Below, piece after piece: positions 60,784 through 64,000 of a stretch of DNA of 64,000 nt. Both the position numbers and the translations under genes were made by a program. Where the stretch lies: the NCBI GenBank assembly GCA_963847705.1, contig CAWKBC010000034.1, forward strand, positions 32,001 through 96,000. Reading direction: 5' to 3'. The DNA is from an uncultured Pseudomonadota bacterium (GTDB lineage: Bacteria; Myxococcota_A; Polyangia; Fen-1088). The notes beneath the pieces were generated by a model. The model was not told the origin of the DNA, did not search any database, and saw nothing but the letters and a program-made list of their open reading frames with translations. Numbering within the stretch: position 1 is the stretch's first letter; the number at the start of each line of letters is the position of its first letter.

Positions 60784-61542
60784 GTGCACAGCGTTCTCAT
60801 CACGGGCGCCGGCAGCGGGATCGGCGCCGGGCTGGCCACGGAGCTGGCCCGTGCCGGCCACCACCTCCTGGTGAGCGACCTCAACCTCGATGGCGCCGAA
60901 GCGGTGGCCGGTCGCATCCGCGCCGCCGGCGGTTCGGCCCAGGCGGTGCCGCTCGACGTGACCTCCGAGAAGAACGTCACCAGCGCGGTGGCCTCGTTTG
61001 CGCGGCCGGTCGACGTCCTCATCAACAACGCCGGCCTGCAGTTCGTCGCCCCGCTGGAAGAGTTTCCGCTCCCCCAGTGGGAGCACCTGATCCACGTCAT
61101 GTTGACCGGGGCCGTGGCGCTCACCCGCGCCGTGCTGCCGGGGATGCGCGCGCGCGGCTTCGGTCGCATCATCAACATGGGGAGCATTCACGCTCTGGTG
61201 GCCAGCCCCTTCAAGAGCGCCTACGTCGCCGCCAAGCACGCGCTGGTCGGGTTCTCCAAGGTCATCGCGCTCGAGACCGCCAACACGGACATCACGGTCA
61301 ACACGCTCTGTCCGAGCTACGTCAAGACGCCCCTGGTCGACAAGCAGATCGCCGATCAGGCGCGCATCCGGGGGATGCCGGAGTCGGAGGTGATCTCGCA
61401 GATCATGCTCAAACCGATGCCGAAGGGGGTCTTCATCGGCATCGACGAGCTGGCCGGCGCCACCAGCTTTCTCGTCTCACCGGCCGCGCGGAACATCACC
61501 GGACAGACGATTGTCATCGACGGAGGTTGGACCGTTCAATGA
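60784..61542 (+). CDS. bdhA: D-3-hydroxybutyrate dehydrogenase
   Basis: NNAGLQFVAP.EEFP, SIH.LVASPFKSAYVAAKH, CPSYVKTPLV..QI. Confidence 0.92.
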   Translation: MHSVLITGAGSGIGAGLATELARAGHHLLVSDLNLDGAEAVAGRIRAAGGSAQAVPLDVTSEKNVTSAVASFARPVDVLINNAGLQFVAPLEEFPLPQWEHLIHVMLTGAVALTRAVLPGMRARGFGRIINMGSIHALVASPFKSAYVAAKHALVGFSKVIALETANTDITVNTLCPSYVKTPLVDKQIADQARIRGMPESEVISQIMLKPMPKGVFIGIDELAGATSFLVSPAARNITGQTIVIDGGWTVQ

Positions 61543-61649
61543 ACGCGGCAGCTCGACCGCAAATGTGCAATGTGGACGACACCCGGGTGATCGTTTGTGA
61601 AACTGCACTGCTGAGCCGCAGTTCTTAGAAGTCCTTCGGGGAAATCGCC

Positions 61650-61679
61650 TATAATCCGTTTGTCGCAATTGCGCGGCAG
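61650..61679 (+). promoter_or_regulatory. Putative phaZ promoter/operator region
   Basis: Perfect TATAAT at 61650-61655, followed by palindrome CGCAATTGCG and a TGC-N3-GCAG motif; -35 is weak. Confidence 0.4.
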
Positions 61680-61693
61680 AACGGATTACTCGA

Positions 61694-62944
61694 GTGCTGT
61701 ACCGACTCCACGAGTACAACCGCGCGCTGTTTGCGCCCGCGGTCGAGCTGGCTGAGGCCGGCGCCCGAATGTTCTCAGAACCAGGAAGCTGGCTGGCGCG
61801 GCTCCCCGGGGCCAGCAACGTCGCTGCCGGCTACGAGCTGCTCTACCGGCTCGGCAAGAGCTACGAAAAGCCAGCCTTCGGCATTCACGAGGTCACCGTG
61901 GGCGGCGCCCGGGTGGCGGTCATGGAGCAGACGGCGCTGGCGAAGCCGTTCTGCCGCCTCATCCGCTTCAAGCGCTACAGCGATCAGGGCGACGTCGTGG
62001 CCGAGCTCAAACGGGATCCGGCGGTCCTGGTGGTGGCCCCGCTCTCGGGTCACCACTCCACGCTCCTCCGCGACACCGTCCGCACCCTCCTCGTCGACCA
62101 CAAGGTCTACGTCACCGACTGGATCGACGCGCGTGACATCCCGGCCGACCGTGGCCCGTTCACGCTCGACGACTACGTCGGCTATATCCGCGAGTTCATC
62201 CGCCACATCGGCGCCGATCGCCTGCACGTGCTGGCGGTCTGTCAGCCGGCGGTGCCGGTGCTGGCGGCCACGGCCCTGATGGCAGCGGCCGACGAACCCC
62301 AGCCGCGCAGCCTCATCATGATGGGCGGGTCGATCGACGCCCGCCGCAGCCCCACGCGGGTCAACGAATTCGCCACCGGCCACCCGATGAGCTGGTTCGA
62401 GAGCAACCTCATTCACAAGGTGCCGGATCCCTATCCGGGGCGTGGCCGCCGGGTCTATCCGGGCTTCCTGCAGCACGCGGGCTTCATGGCGATGAACCCG
62501 GTGCGCCACATCGGCTCGCACTGGGACTTCTACCAGCACCTGATCGAGGGGGACCTCGCCAGCGCCGAGGAGCATCGCCGTTTCTACGACGAGTACAACG
62601 CCGTGCTCGACATGCCGGCCGAGTACTACCTGGACTGCATCCGCATCGTCTTCCAGCAGCATCTGCTGCCGCGCGGGCTCTGGCACGTCTCCGGCGAGCG
62701 GGTGGCGCCCGAGGCGATCACGCGCTCCTCGCTCCTGACCATCGAAGGGGAGCTGGACGACATCTCGGGCATCGGTCAGACGCGGGCGGCGCACGATCTC
62801 TGCGTCGGTATTCCCCCGGAGCGCAAGCACCACCTGACCGTCATGGGGGCCGGTCACTACGGTATCTTCAGCGGACGGCGCTGGCGCGAGACCATCTATC
62901 CTCAGGTGCGCGACTTCATCGCGACGGCCGACTTGGCGGTCTGA
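61694..62944 (+). CDS. phaZ: Intracellular PHB depolymerase
   Basis: VAPLSGHHSTLLR, VCQP, GRRVYPGFLQ, EYNAVLDM, EGELDDISG.GQT, GHYGIFSG. Confidence 0.95.
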   Translation: MLYRLHEYNRALFAPAVELAEAGARMFSEPGSWLARLPGASNVAAGYELLYRLGKSYEKPAFGIHEVTVGGARVAVMEQTALAKPFCRLIRFKRYSDQGDVVAELKRDPAVLVVAPLSGHHSTLLRDTVRTLLVDHKVYVTDWIDARDIPADRGPFTLDDYVGYIREFIRHIGADRLHVLAVCQPAVPVLAATALMAAADEPQPRSLIMMGGSIDARRSPTRVNEFATGHPMSWFESNLIHKVPDPYPGRGRRVYPGFLQHAGFMAMNPVRHIGSHWDFYQHLIEGDLASAEEHRRFYDEYNAVLDMPAEYYLDCIRIVFQQHLLPRGLWHVSGERVAPEAITRSSLLTIEGELDDISGIGQTRAAHDLCVGIPPERKHHLTVMGAGHYGIFSGRRWRETIYPQVRDFIATADLAV

Positions 62945-63321
62945 CGCTCGGCGATCATCGTCAGCCAGACGTCGATCACGAACAGCGCCACCGCCACGTC
63001 ATTGAAGAGCGTCGCCCGGGGAGAGTCGGGCCAAAATTGATTGGCCGCCCAAAACAGAAACGCCGCCGCCAGCACGAGCGCGCGCCCGAGCTCGGCGCGC
63101 GTCGCCCGCTCGGCCAGGCGATGCGCCAGCCAGGCGACCGCGATCAGCGCCAGCGGCAGCGCCGCCAGCGTGTCGTGCGCCTTGGGCGGAAATCGCTGGG
63201 GAGAAAGATCCCAGACCAGCAGCAGCGCGACGGTCGCCAGCGTGATGACCCCCAGCGCGGCGGGAATGAAAGCGGCGGCGGCAGAGCGGCGTGAGGCTCC
63301 GGTGGAGCGAGCGGAGAACAT
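62902..63321 (-). CDS. Hypothetical 4-TM membrane protein
   Basis: Hydrophobic helices, AFLFWAANQ...FNDVAVALFVID; 3' end overlaps the phaZ end; start uncertain. Confidence 0.6.
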   Translation of the reverse strand: MFSARSTGASRRSAAAAFIPAALGVITLATVALLLVWDLSPQRFPPKAHDTLAALPLALIAVAWLAHRLAERATRAELGRALVLAAAFLFWAANQFWPDSPRATLFNDVAVALFVIDVWLTMIAERQTAKSAVAMKSRT

Positions 63322-63598
63322 CCGCCGAAGCTACGCGGGGCGATTGGACTCCGCAACGCCGACGGCCCGCAGGCGCTCACGATGCAAGCCGACCGTGCAG
63401 TTCGCAACCTGGCAGCGCGCACCTGATCGTTTTTCGGGAGCCTCGGCCGCCGGTCGGCGCCACCGACGGCGTGGTCGCCTCCGGCAGCGCCTGCGGACGC
63501 GACGGCTGGGACATCGACGGGATCCGCTGGAGTCGCCAGCCACCACCCGCCGGCCACGACGACGCCGCGGGCGCCAGGGAGGCAGAACCTCTGAGCGG

Positions 63599-64000
63599 CT
63601 AATCGCGGCTGTGACCGGCGCCGGCGATCTCGGCGGCCACCGCCTGGGCGCGGAGGGCGATCTCGCGCAAGTGGCCGGTCGGGACGATCTCGTAGCCGAC
63701 GAAGAACAGGTTGGGGCAGGCGCCGCCGGCGCGCCAGTCGCGCGGAGAGCCGCGTTCGTCGAGGACGCCTGGGACGGCCACGAGCTCCTCCAGCGCCGCC
63801 CGGAAGCCGGTGGCCAGCACGACGGCGTCGAGCTCGGCCACGCTGTCGTCGGCGAACACGGCGCCCGTCTCGGTGAGGCGCGCGACGCCCGGCTTCACCG
63901 CGATCTCGCCCCGCTTGATCGCGGCGATGGTGCCGACGTCGATGAGCGGGATCCGCTGCCGTTGTTTGATGGCCGAGATCGGCCCCATCGCCGGCCGCGG
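63599..64000 (-). CDS. Flavin-containing monooxygenase, C-terminal part (truncated by window edge)
   Basis: PLIDVG, DAVVLATGF, NLFFVG, LREIA..A. Confidence 0.85.
   Translation of the reverse strand, partial: PRPAMGPISAIKQRQRIPLIDVGTIAAIKRGEIAVKPGVARLTETGAVFADDSVAELDAVVLATGFRAALEELVAVPGVLDERGSPRDWRAGGACPNLFFVGYEIVPTGHLREIALRAQAVAAEIAGAGHSRD

Noticed and set aside
63322-63598. Small ORFs (63331..63546 -, 63291..63602 +)
   Set aside because: No RBS or recognisable motif; a CDS call cannot be supported.

Overview
High-GC bacterial chromosomal window; gene content points to Myxococcota, probably Polyangia-like (DUF1592/DUF1552 pair, Cys-rich lipoproteins, Ser/Thr kinase, FHA and MshEN/FrgA-like proteins). 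About 65 CDSs were called. They include housekeeping genes (xth, rpmE-prfA, ffh, rpsU-prmA-rsmE, nadK-recN, comEC, msrA, cysK), polysaccharide genes interleaved with an RsbW/RsbV/RsbU-type partner-switch module, and a GH8 lipoprotein. A ~11 kb polyhydroxyalkanoate (PHA) locus spans 52.1-62.9 kb. The PHA locus is the most notable system: it has phaB, a class III phaC, bdhA, phaZ, a patatin, two paralogous phasin-like proteins and a tiny PhaE-like ORF, but no thiolase (phaA). A KAS III gene with acetoacetyl-CoA synthase (NphT7)-like motifs sits directly after phaC, suggesting a malonyl-CoA-driven, thiolase-independent route to PHB (inference). Non-coding highlights are a 570-bp composite element with two inverted ~140-bp arms showing compensatory base changes around a 23-bp tandem array (37151-37720), an ~80-bp structured repeat present twice (35157-35241, 56925-57003) and a 16-bp tandem array (19663-19750). 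recN carries a 1-nt frameshift. No rRNA, tRNA, CRISPR array or transposase was recognised. All calls come from motif recognition by eye; no database search was run.
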